Assembly: GCA_043228905.1 (NCBI GenBank)
Contig: JBHGNT010000183.1
Coordinates: 1-58,584 of the forward strand
Source of the DNA: Azolla caroliniana
Taxonomy: Eukaryota; Plantae; Polypodiophyta
Direction of reading: 5' to 3'
DNA length: 58,584 bases
The position numbers and the translations under genes were made by a program. Under the pieces are notes generated by a model. That model was not told the origin of the DNA. It saw only the letters and a program-made list of their open reading frames with translations, and made no database searches. Below, in pieces: positions 1-10,711 of this stretch. How positions within the stretch are numbered: position 1 is the stretch's first letter; every line of letters starts with the position of its first letter.

Positions 1-2
1 AA

Positions 3-3000
3 GAAGCGCGTCGGAGAGATAAAGAACCGGCCTCCGACCCGAAGGCGCTGCTTACCGAATCGGATCGGGGAAGACAATGGAACCGGAGTCCGCAAAGACG
101 GGAGAAGTCGGGAACCCGGTCGCAGTCAAGAGGAAGGCCCACATGCTTCCACTGTGGGAAGCCGGGGCACTTCCGAAAGAATTGTCGGCATTACCGAAAA
201 GACAACGGAGCCGACGACACCGATTCGAAGAAGTCACCGGAGAGAAACGGTGCATACCGGGGAGTCACGGACCGGAGAGGTTCGGATCGGCGAGGGCAGG
301 ACCGAAAGGGAACGACGGCACTCGCGGCAAGTGAGGAAGAAATCATGCTCATCACCGAAGAAGGTGAGCTAAACATTGCCGGCGATGAGACGACCTGGGT
401 GGTCGATTCCGGAGCATCGTTCCACCTGACCCCGGAGATAAGATACTTCTCATCCTACACAGCCGGTGAGCATGGCTGTGTTCGGATGGGAAACGAAGGT
501 ACGTGCCGGATTGCCGGCATAGGAGACGTGTGGTTGACAACCCCGACCGGATGCAAAATGCTGCTGAAGAATGTCCGACACGTTCCCGAGGTCCGATTGA
601 ACCTGATTTCGGCCGGGAGGCTAGATGATGAAGGCTACACGGGTAGCATCCGCAACGGTGTCATGAAGTTCAGCAAGGGGAGCCTGATAGTGGCTCGGGC
701 CCGGAAAGACAACACACTGTACCTGATGAATGCCCGGTTATGTCCGGAAGAGCTGAATGTGGCAGCCGACACTGCCGGTGAGCTGTGGCACAAAAGACTG
801 TGCCACATGAGTGAGAAGGGGATGAAGAGGCTTGCAGAAGACAACCTTATCCCAGTGAAGCATGTGCACCTGGAGAAGTGCACCGATTGCCTGGCCGGTA
901 AGCAGAACCGAACTTCCTTCCACTCAAGGCCACCGACGAGACGTAGCGCACCATTGGAGTTGGTGCACACTGATGTGTGTCAGGTAGAAACGAAGTCACA
1001 TGGCGGAGCCCAGTACTTCGTAACATTCATCGATGATCATAGCCGAAAACTGTGGACGGCACCGATAAAGACAAAGGACCAAGTGTTGTGCGTCTTCAAA
1101 GAACTCCACGCGAGAGTGGAAAGGGAATCCGGCAAGAAGCTGAAAGCGATACGAGCGGATAACGGAGGGGAATACCGGGGGCAGTTCCAGGAGTACTGTC
1201 GCTCGAAGGGAATCCGACTCGAGTTTACTGTGCCGAAGACGCCGGAACTGAACGGGCTGGCCGAGAGGATGAACCGGACCATAATGGAGAGGGTTCGGAG
1301 TATGCTGGCGCATGCGAAATTACCCAAGGGGTTTTGGGCTGAGGCAATGTCGACGGCGACATATGTGATAAACCGATCACCCTCAGTACCTTTGGACGGA
1401 GACACGCCGCAGAGAGTGTGGACCGGTAGGGAAGTATCCTACCGGCATCTGAAGGTGTTCGGGTGTCTCGCATACGTGCACGTGGCGAAGGACCGGAGAG
1501 GAAAGCTAGATCCGAAGACCCGGCCATGCATATTCCTCGGTTACGGCGACGACGAGTTCGGCTACCGAGTATGGGACCCGGTCGACAAGAAGATATTTAG
1601 GAGTCGAGATATCGTCTTTATGGAGGACAAGACACTCGCCGACTGGGAGTCGGAGAAGAAGATGAAGAGCTCCAAGTCGACTGGTGAGGAGAAACTCTAC
1701 GAGGAGCAGTCCCGACTGGCAAGGGACCGGTTAGCACTCGAGGATCCGGCCGAAGACGGTGAAGAAACAGAACCGGCCGAAGAAGATGAAAATGATACCG
1801 GAACCGGCCCCGATCCCGAAATGGATTCGGATGAAGAAGAAGAATCGGAAGAACCGGTTACCGAAGCTCCGGAACGGAGATATCCTCTAAGAGAGAGAAG
1901 GCCCCCCCGGAGATTTCCGGAACCAGAGCACGTGCTGCTAACCGACGAGGGGGAGCCGGAGAGCTTTGAAGAAGCAAAGCATGACACCCAGAGCCGCAGG
2001 TGGTTGAGTGCCATGCAGGACGAGATGGATTCCCTGCATGAGAACCACACATATGAACTTGTGGAGTTGCCGAAAGGAAAACGGGCACTCCGTAACAAGT
2101 GGGTGTTCAAGCTGAAACCGGGAGATGCCGGAAACCCCCCGAGATACAAAGCCAGGATCGTGGTGAAGGGGTTTCAGCAGAAGAAGGGCGTCGACTTCGA
2201 CGAGATATTTGCCCCGGTAGTGAAGATGACCTCCATCCGGACGGTGCTGAGCATAGCGGCAAGCATGGACCTCGAGGTAGAACAGATGGACGTGAAGACG
2301 GCATTCCTTCACGGTGACCTCGAAGAAGAGATCTACATGCAGCAACCGGAAGGATTCGAGAAGAAAGGGAAGGAGCACCTGGTATGCCGGTTGAAGAAGA
2401 GCCTTTACGGACTGAAGCAGGCTCCCCGGCAATGGTACCGGAAGTTCGACTCCTTCATGACCGACGAAGGGTACCTCAAAACGCAGTCCGACCACTGCGT
2501 GTTTGTGAAGAAGTTCGAAGGAGGAGACTCTCTAATACTCCTCTTGTACGTGGACGACATGTTGATCGTCGGACGGGACCAGGTCAAGATACGGATGCTG
2601 AAGAAGGCTCTTCACCGAACCTTCTCAATGAAGGACCTGGGTCCGGCGAGGCAAATACTAGGGATGCACATCATCCGGGACCGGAAGAAGAAGCAGTTGT
2701 GGCTGTCACAGGAGAAGTACGTGACGAAGGTGCTTCACCGGTTCAACATGTCGGAAGCGAGACCGGTCGGATCGACCCTCCCGACAAACTGCAAGCTGTC
2801 CAGCAAGCAAAGTCCCAAGACAAAGGCTGAAAAGGAGGATATGATGAAAGTGCCGTATGCCTCAGCCGTCGGGAGCTTGATGTACGCCATGGTGTGTACG
2901 AGACCGGACATCGGATATGCAGTCGGAGTGGTGAGCCGGTACATGAGCAATCCCGGCAAAGAGCATTGGAACGCGGCCAAGTGGATACTCCGATACCTGA

Positions 3001-3524
3001 AGGGCACAGCAAACGTGTGCCTCCGATTCGGCTCCGGAAAGCCCGAACTCGACGGCTTTACCGATTCGGATATGTCGGCTGATGCAGATACCAGCCGGTC
3101 CACATCAGGGTATGTGATGACGTATGCAGGGGGAGCTGTTTCATGGCAGTCGAGGCTGCAGAAGACGGTTGCGCTGTCAACCACGGAGGCGGAGTACATG
3201 GCGGCTGTTGAAGCCGGCAAGGAAATAATATGGATGAAGGACTTCATTAGAGAGCTCGGTATCCGACAGGAGGAGTACCGACTCTACTGCGACAGTCAGA
3301 GTGCAATCCACCTTGCGAAGAACGCTGCCTATCACTCCCGGACGAAGCACATCCAGCGAAGATATCACTGGATCCGGGAAAGGATAGAAGACAAGGAGTT
3401 CGTGCTGACGAAGATCCACACGGACGAGAACGGGTCGGATATGCTGACCAAGGTGCTCACACCCGACAAGCTGGAAGCATGCCGGAAGAGGATCGGATTG
3501 GAGAGACATCCCATGCCGAAGTGA
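3..3524 (+). CDS. Copia Gag-Pol polyprotein, 5'-partial and uninterrupted
   Basis: Frame is open from base 3 (EARRRDKEP...). Contains CCHC knuckle CFHCGKPGHFRKNC, protease DSGAS, WHKRLCH GAG-pre-integrase, integrase core (HTD, RADNGGE, AERMNRT) and GKLD, RT (QMDVKTAFLHG, LYVDDM) and RNase H (TDSD, EAEY, HSRTKHI). Confidence 0.95.
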   Translation, partial: EARRRDKEPASDPKALLTESDRGRQWNRSPQRREKSGTRSQSRGRPTCFHCGKPGHFRKNCRHYRKDNGADDTDSKKSPERNGAYRGVTDRRGSDRRGQDRKGTTALAASEEEIMLITEEGELNIAGDETTWVVDSGASFHLTPEIRYFSSYTAGEHGCVRMGNEGTCRIAGIGDVWLTTPTGCKMLLKNVRHVPEVRLNLISAGRLDDEGYTGSIRNGVMKFSKGSLIVARARKDNTLYLMNARLCPEELNVAADTAGELWHKRLCHMSEKGMKRLAEDNLIPVKHVHLEKCTDCLAGKQNRTSFHSRPPTRRSAPLELVHTDVCQVETKSHGGAQYFVTFIDDHSRKLWTAPIKTKDQVLCVFKELHARVERESGKKLKAIRADNGGEYRGQFQEYCRSKGIRLEFTVPKTPELNGLAERMNRTIMERVRSMLAHAKLPKGFWAEAMSTATYVINRSPSVPLDGDTPQRVWTGREVSYRHLKVFGCLAYVHVAKDRRGKLDPKTRPCIFLGYGDDEFGYRVWDPVDKKIFRSRDIVFMEDKTLADWESEKKMKSSKSTGEEKLYEEQSRLARDRLALEDPAEDGEETEPAEEDENDTGTGPDPEMDSDEEEESEEPVTEAPERRYPLRERRPPRRFPEPEHVLLTDEGEPESFEEAKHDTQSRRWLSAMQDEMDSLHENHTYELVELPKGKRALRNKWVFKLKPGDAGNPPRYKARIVVKGFQQKKGVDFDEIFAPVVKMTSIRTVLSIAASMDLEVEQMDVKTAFLHGDLEEEIYMQQPEGFEKKGKEHLVCRLKKSLYGLKQAPRQWYRKFDSFMTDEGYLKTQSDHCVFVKKFEGGDSLILLLYVDDMLIVGRDQVKIRMLKKALHRTFSMKDLGPARQILGMHIIRDRKKKQLWLSQEKYVTKVLHRFNMSEARPVGSTLPTNCKLSSKQSPKTKAEKEDMMKVPYASAVGSLMYAMVCTRPDIGYAVGVVSRYMSNPGKEHWNAAKWILRYLKGTANVCLRFGSGKPELDGFTDSDMSADADTSRSTSGYVMTYAGGAVSWQSRLQKTVALSTTEAEYMAAVEAGKEIIWMKDFIRELGIRQEEYRLYCDSQSAIHLAKNAAYHSRTKHIQRRYHWIRERIEDKEFVLTKIHTDENGSDMLTKVLTPDKLEACRKRIGLERHPMPK

Positions 3525-3534
3525 AGGGGGAGTT

Positions 3535-4140
3535 TGTTGGGATTACGGTCCCTTCGGATGGGATGGTCGGATATCGGAGATGAATGCCGACAAGCCCGGT
3601 TTCGGTTTCGGATCCGGATGACGAAGACCCCGGTTTCGGTACCGGATGACGAATGTACCCGGAGAGCGATCCGGATGCAGGGACATATCCGTGAATATGT
3701 TCGCTATGGGCCCCTGAGGCCACAGTTGTAAATAGCCCAAAGTCATATAAGTATAAATATGACTTAGGGCAAACAGTTTTGTTGTTGCTTCTTATTTTTC
3801 TGTTTTTCCACTTTAGAGGAGTGAAGAGGGAGCAGCCGTGAGAGAGAGAGAGATAGAGCGCGAGAGAGGAAGAGGACGACGCCTCTGTGTATTTCCGCCG
3901 CCTGTGGCGAGGACAGCGAGCTCAAGGTCGTCGCCTTGGAGCTCGTCATTGTATACTTCTCTTTGTATAGCGTTGTTTGGAGTCTTGTACTCCCGTGGTT
4001 TTTCCCATCTAGGGTTTTCCACGTTAATCCCTGTGTACTCGTGTATTTCTCTCTTTGGTTCCTATTTTCTGCTCCATTGATCCGCGATTACTCGGTTGTG
4101 GCCGAGTGAAGAAGGTGAATCGAAGCGTTGATTCCCAACA
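3535..4140 (+). repeat. 3' LTR of copia family A (606 bp)
   Basis: Follows the PPT; 8-bp terminal inverted repeat TGTTGGGA/TCCCAACA; TATAAATA near 3752; homologous to LTRs at 28468 and 33172. Confidence 0.92.
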
Positions 4141-4675
4141 GATGGAACTTGAAGAAAAAAAACAACTCTCCTCCTACATCAACAAATGTTCTACCTATAG
4201 AGCCTGGTTCCTCGTCTATGCTTTCTCCGATTCCTTCCCATCCCACTACAAGTTTGGAGCCCAATATTAGTTTACCTGACAAGTTCAATGGCACGAGGAA
4301 GCACTTCCGAGGGTTCATAAATCAGATCAAGCTTATTATCCAACTATAGCCTCAACAGTATGCGGATGATTTTCGTCAAGTTGGTCTCATCGGGACCCTT
4401 TTGTTCGGAGCTGCACAAGCCTGGTTTGCACCGATGGTCGAAACTTCATCACCACTTCTACAAAATTTTCCTACATTTCTAGCAGACTTTGAGGCAACAT
4501 TTGGGGATACAAATCAACGCTGAACTGCCATCACCAAACTCTATTCATTACATCAAGGTATGCGTCCGATATCCATTTATGCCTTTGAATTTAGACAATT
4601 AGCATGTGATGTTTAGTGGGATGGCCAAGCTCTCAGCAACCATTTTCGTCGGGGCCTTCGAAGCGAGATTAAAAA
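4141..4675 (+). pseudogene. Ty3/gypsy chromovirus (Tcn1-like) gag fragment
   Basis: Translates as EPNISLPDKFNGTRKHFRGFINQI...GAAQAWF...FEATFGD...LHQGMRPISIYAFEFRQLA...FRRGLRSEIK with in-frame stops; retrotransposon gag/DUF4939-like. Confidence 0.8.
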
Positions 4676-5166
4676 TTACGGAGCAACAGATTCCTTGTAT
4701 TGCTTTGATGGATCATGGATCAGAAATTAACATGATGTCGTCGGAATGTTGTGCTCAAGGAAGGTGGCCAATCGATAAGAATCATGGTTCGAAGAAAAGA
4801 GTTGCAATAGAGATGATGGAGGATCTATTCGCAGCATGTCCTAATGTGAAAGCAACAATGGGAGATGTGTCGATGGATGAAAATTACTATGTGCAAGATG
4901 GATCGACCTACCCCGTCATCCTTGGTCAACCATACATCAACGTAGTGAGTATGGAAACAAAGGATGGTGAACCATACATCAACGTAGTAAGGATGGAAAC
5001 AAGTGTGATTAATGATGATTCAACTTTCGCGAGGATCAAGAGTCAGGATGGAAGGAAGAGGGGCCATATCTTAACCATGATGCCTAACCATGAACGAAAC
5101 AAAGAATGCTTGAGGGGACATCCAGTTCAAAAACGGAATGAAGAGTTTTTCCAAGACTTTGGATGA
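4676..5166 (+). pseudogene. Retropepsin-like aspartic protease of a second gypsy-type element
   Basis: ALMDHGSEINMMS active-site motif and PVILGQPYI; 42-bp in-frame duplication starting at 4928 and 4970; joined to the upstream Tcn1 gag by a deletion. Confidence 0.7.
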
Positions 5167-5257
5167 ACTTTGCACAACTAGTGTGCAAGTTCAGAGCGGG
5201 TGGGTGTCGTGAAGGATTTGCTTCACGATATAAAAATAAACTTGAATATTGTATTAA

Positions 5258-5330
5258 GTAACATTTGAGAGACTTGAACCCGTAACCTCACACACCAAGG
5301 ACAAAGCATATACCATTAGGATAAGTTATT
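5258..5330 (-). other. Degenerate tRNA-like sequence (A/B boxes) inside LTR
   Basis: Minus strand reads TATCCTAATGGTA...GAGGTTACGGGTTCAAGTCTC, with tRNA-like box spacing. Confidence 0.45.
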
Positions 5331-5611
5331 TTCTATAATTATGTTTTTATCACCATACTTATGACATGTGTATCGTCATACATTAGAGCTTAGATGAGCA
5401 TGATGGCTATCATGCGTCACATGTAAAGCATGTGTGCCAAATGGCGATCATACATCACATGCATCACATGCATCACATGCACCCCCATATCATCCTATGC
5501 ATGAGAGAACCTATAAAGAGAGGCAAGGAATTAAGGGATGAGTCAAGGAAAAGAAGGTAATCAATCACTAAAGAGAAAGTTAGAGAAATAAGATAATCAA
5601 AGAAACAAATA

Positions 5612-5675
5612 ATAAGTTAGCTTGTTGGTGAAGAGGCTCGTGTTTCCAAGTTGGAGTCAAGGGTTCGAATCAAGA
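5612..5675 (+). other. tRNA-like Pol III A-box/B-box pair inside LTR
   Basis: A box TAGCTTGTTGG (5618-5628) and B box GGTTCGAATC (5662-5671). Confidence 0.55.
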
Positions 5676-6137
5676 GTCGGTAGAGAAAGGGTTCATCTTG
5701 CTATCAAGCATTGTAAAGTTGGTAAAGTTTTGTATTCGTAATATACATCGTGTTCATATCATATGTTTTTTTTCCTTAAATCATACTTTGTCTCTATCTT
5801 GCTTCTTGAATCATACATTGTCTCTGTCTCTTATCCTTGCTTGTCTCTCTCTCGTACAATACTTTCAACTTTTGTTCTTGGTCTCCTTAATCTTTGTGGT
5901 AAAATCTTATCTTCTTAATATAAATCATGTTAACATCATATACTATTGCTTCTTGAATCATATATTGTCCTTATCTCTATTCTATGCTCGTCTCTTTGTC
6001 ACACAATACTTTTAACTCTTATTCTTCCTATCCTTAATCTTTCTAACATCAACGCACAAGCCTTATAAAATATATAGCCAACTCCCTTTAACCTTAGTCC
6101 CTGCGACTTCGCCACACGAACCACAACTACCCCGACA

Positions 6138-9100
6138 ACGCGCATCTCTTCCTCCATTGCGGCACGCCAATTTGCGTCCTTTGCCGCTTCTGCGTAGCTC
6201 TCTGGCTCATGCACTTCCGCCACTCGTGTCATGTATGCGTAATGGTGCACCATGTACTCATTATAGCCGTATCCCTTTACGGGGTTCTTGAGGCGGGTAG
6301 ATCGGTGTAATTCGTGATTACCCGATTTCACGACCTTTTCGGCTATCGTCGACCTCTTACGTGGAGGTTCCTTTATATTTTGCCAGTAGTCAGACTCACT
6401 CCGATCTTACTCGGAGCTGCCGAAGTCGTATTCCAGCATTTTCATCTTGCCTTTTTCCTTGCGCGTAACTCGTCTCCTCGGCTTCTTGGGTGGGGAATGC
6501 ACAACCGAGTCTCCACTACTCACAGTCTCATCATTTGGTTGGCCATCTCGGCCCACTTAGCCGAAATGAGGTCAGACTCTCTCTCAGAGCTCCGACGTCC
6601 TCATCATGCAGAGGCATTTCAGCCTCACTGATTTCTTCTTCAGAAATCGGAATGGAGTCTTGAGGTTCTGGAGAAGGAAGGTACCACGAAGCGGACTCGT
6701 CGAACACAACATCCCGGCTTACGCGTACTCCCTTTGTTCGAGGGTTATAACACTTATACCCTTTCTGCTCATCTGAATAGCTAGATACATTTCTCAGCTT
6801 TAACATCCCGTTTCCTCCTTTTCTCCTTCGGTATGTGCACATACGCGATGCTGCCGAAAATCCTCAAGTGTGCCAAGTTCGGCTTCTTCTCGAAATACAG
6901 CTCATGTGGCGACACTCCTCCATTAGCAAAAGTCTGATTTTGCAGGTAGACAGCCGTCTTCACGGCTTCGGCCCAATAGAATTTCGGCATATGCTTCTCT
7001 TCAAGCATTGCCCTGGCCACTTCTCAATCGTCCGATTCTTCCGCTCGGCTACGCCGTTCTGCTCCGGCGTATATCTACACGAGAATTCGCATCAAATTCC
7101 CTCCTTCTGTAGCTAACTTGTGAACTGGTCGGAGAAGTACTCCTTCCCGCCATCAGACCGTAGGCATTTGATCTTACACCCCGTTTCCCTTTCTGCAAGG
7201 CTCTTCACCTTCAGGAAACATGTGAAGACTTCACTCTTCTTCTCAATCATGCATGCCCACATGTGTCGAGTGAAGTCATCGATGAAGGTTACAAAGTAAC
7301 TGCTTCCACCGAGACTCACGTTCTGTGCCGAACCCCACACATCCAAATGGATCAAATCCAACGGACTTCGACTACGATTACGCTCATTGGGGAATGGAAG
7401 TCGGTGTTGTTTTCCCATCTGACAGGCTTCATAGACTTGGCCATTACAGCCCCGAAATTTCGGCAAGCCGAAAACAATGTTCTTCGTTTGCATCTCACGA
7501 AGCCGTGGGAAATTTACGTGGCTAAACCACTTCTGCCACATGTCGATGTCCGATTCAACCTTTTTTCCTTTCACATACAATGCGGTTCTGACTTGATTAC
7601 TGTCGAGGATGAACATCCTCCCTTCACGGCGCCCTTATGCAATTACTTTGCCTTCCTCTTCTATGAAGCAGTCAAGATGCGTGAATCGAACCTGCATTCC
7701 CTGGTCGACGATCTAACCGACCGATACTAGGTTCTTCGTTATTGTTGGGACGTGCAATACGTTCATGAGTTTCCCTTTCTGCCTGACGTGGCTGAGAGGA
7801 ACTTCGCCGACATGTTCGATGGTATGCGGAGTGTCGTCTCCCGTTTCGACCACTCCTTGCAATTCCGGTTTCTCCAAGTACGAGAACCATTCCTCATGAC
7901 TCATCATATGATTTGACGGTCTGGAATCAACATACCACACCTCGCTCGATTTCGAGGTGTTCATGGCCATAGAATTGGCCTTATGCTTCATTACGAAGGC
8001 TGGGCCCGATTTGTTTCCGGCGCGTTTAGAGCCTTCTACGTAGTGCGATCTTTGACGCCTCTCTGCGTCTCTTCGGCTCGATCCGGCTTTGTCCGAATTG
8101 GCTCGCTTTTTCCAGCACTCACTCTCCTTGTGGCCCTTTTTGCCACAGTACCAGCATTTTGACGCGGTCTTCTCTTGCCGGCTTCCAACGCCCCTAAGAC
8201 TCCCCCTGCTTGTGGAGGGTCCGGAACTACTGTCAAGATATCGATTATGCTGCTTGTTCTACTCTTGTCGGCCGCCTCCATTGCACGCCGATCCGCCTCG
8301 TCCAACACGACTACGGGGCCTATCATCCTCTGTGTAAAGCATCTTGCCATCGGCGTGCGCACTCGTCGACACACCCGCGTGGTTTTCTTCTACGAGCAAC
8401 ATTGACTGAAGCTTGAAAAACGAAGGCGTAATCTCCCTCGTGCAGATTGCCGTTCGGAAAGGTCTAAACTTTGATGCCAAGCCACCAAGACAAACCTGCA
8501 CCATTACATCTTCCTCGACGTTCACGTTGACGGAGGCGAGAGAGTCGCGGATTTCTTTGATCTTGGTGGTGTAATCAGCCACCGACATATCTCTTTGTCG
8601 TACATTGCTAAGATCTTGTCTGAGCTGCAGCTTTCTGGCCGTTGTGCTCGCGGCGAAAATCCTTTTGAGATTCGCCCACGCGTCCTTCGGCGTCTTGGCA
8701 TCTTGAAAATAGCTCAAAAGCTGATCGCTCACACAAGACGCGAAGCAGCACAGTAATCTACTTGCCGCTTGTTCCCAAGCCGGATAGTCCCTGTGTGTCG
8801 AGTCGGGTGCCACATCATTTACTCCTTCGACATAACTCCAGTAGCAATGGCCGAGCAGGTACTGGTGCATCCTGTAAGACCATGATGCGTAGTTGCTTCT
8901 GTCAAGCTTTTCAGTCGGAAGTGAGCTTCCCATTCCTCTGTCCATAGTACTGTCTTTTTCTTCTCCGAAAGCGAATAACTTCAACTCTGTTTCGTCACAA
9001 ACTTTTCTTGGTGGCTGCAGATGACTTCAACCCTCGCGCTCTAATACCATGTAAAAGAATACGTTGTGTGGAAGCGTGTGCGTAAACACACAGTACACAA

Positions 9101-9486
9101 TTCAGAGGAATAAGACAATTCGGTAAAACACAGAAAACACAGAGTTGGAGATGGAGATGGAGATGGAGAGATAGAGAGAGAGAGAGAAAGCAGACAATAA
9201 AAAACTCAGATTCAAAATAATGACTCTCTGTACATACACCGTGCTCAGTGAGCACCTTTTATACAAGCCCTGACAAATGGGCTGACACAAGTATTGACAA
9301 TACTTGATGTTCATAAATGAGCCGCTACACTCACTCCCAAAATTATTCCTTTCGAGGAATATCTTTCTAATGGCCTCGTGGTTTACACACTGTTATGGCC
9401 TATTGTCTGCATGGTTCTACGCACCTAGTTTATGCACTGGGTTACGCACCCGATTACGCACAGAATGTTGAGCTTGTCTCTCAACA
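6138..9486 (-). mobile_element. Copia family B, 5' half (5' LTR, PBS, gag, PR, IN), degenerate
   Basis: 5' LTR 9050-9486; tRNA-iMet PBS TGGTATTAGAGCGCG directly adjacent (9035-9049); gag TEKLDRSNYASW; WYVDS protease; RSDGGKEY integrase; truncated at WRAAMEEEMR; inserted in the gypsy integrase. Confidence 0.9.
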
Positions 9487-10711
9487 GAGTTGATATCTCG
9501 GGGATACTGGTGGCCACAACCATGGAAATTGGTCAAAGAGTTCGTTAAGTCATGCGACGTTTGAGCCCACTCTAAAGCATCTCATCATCGACCATTTGGT
9601 CTCCTTTGCCCTCTCCCAATCCCCAAATGGTTGTGGGCCTCTCTTTCCATGGATTTCATCACTGACCTTCCCTTTGTTGGTGGTTATGACTCGGTATTCA
9701 TCATGGTCGATCGCTTCACCAAGATGGCTCATTTTGATCCATGTGCCAAAACCCTTACCGGAGAGGAGACAACTGATTTTTTTTTTTTAAAATGTGGTTC
9801 GACTACATGGACTCCCGAACGATATCACTTCTGATCGAGGACCACAATTTGTTTCCAATTTCTGGCGGCGCCTTCTGCAAACCTTCAGTTGTACTGTGAA
9901 TCTATCTTCCACTTATCATCCGCAAACCGATGGACAAACAGAGCGGGTTAAAGATGGGTTAACCAAATCTTGGAACAATACTTGCGATGCTCTCTTAGTT
10001 ACCAACAAGAAAACTGGTTTGACCTTCTCCCACTTGCCGAGTTCGCCTACAACAACTCTATGCATGCATCTACAGGAGTTACTCCATTTTTTGCCAACTA
10101 CAGTCTCCACCCCCGCTTCAACATTTCGCTTCCCTCTGACTCTGTCACTCCTTCTACAGAGGACCAGGCACGTCTCTTGGAGGATGTACATCGTGATCTT
10201 TCCTTGGAGCTCACCCTCGCTGCCAAATGCTACAAGGAGCAAGTTGACCGTCATCGCTTAGGAGACTTTGTTTGGCTTCTCCGTCGCAATATTGCCACCA
10301 CTCGTCCTTGTCCGAAGCTTGATTACAAGAAGTTAGGCCCTTTTCGAATCATTGAGAAAATTGATTCCATGGATGTCCACTTAGAGCTACCATCCCACTT
10401 TCATATTCATAATGTATTCCATGTCTCCCTTCTAGAACCTCGCCATATATCTGAAATCCCCGGTCGACACCCATCTCCTCCACTACCAATCCAACTCTCA
10501 ACTGACGAAGAATATGAGGTCGACCAAATTCTCGACTCTTGTCTCTTCCATCGCCAGCTTCAATACCTTGTCCTCTGGAAAGCGTACCTGATCTCCGAAG
10601 CAACATGGGGGCCGACACATCATCTCAAGCATGCCCCGGACATAGTTCGAGCATTTCATGAACATTATCCACAAAAACCAGCCGCGGGTCCAAGGAGGCA
10701 GCGGAGGATAA

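Larger units (their letters stand above)
1..4140 (+). mobile_element. Ty1/copia LTR retrotransposon, family A (Tnt1/Tork-like); 5' part lies outside the window
   Basis: Open gag-pol frame in copia order PR-IN-RT-RH, PPT GTGAAGGGGGAG at 3521-3532, 3' LTR TGTTGGGA...TCCCAACA. Confidence 0.97.
5205..6137 (+). repeat. Putative 3' LTR (933 bp) of the protease-bearing gypsy element
   Basis: Preceded by G-rich AGAGCGGGTGGG (PPT-like); TGTCG...CGACA ends; CTATAAAG near 5512; internal diverged ~150-bp duplication; abuts copia coding sequence at 6138. Confidence 0.65.

Noticed and set aside
4606-5166. 186-aa ORF as a single gene
   Set aside because: The first ~24 codons are an alternative frame of the Tcn1 gag fused by deletion to another element's protease.
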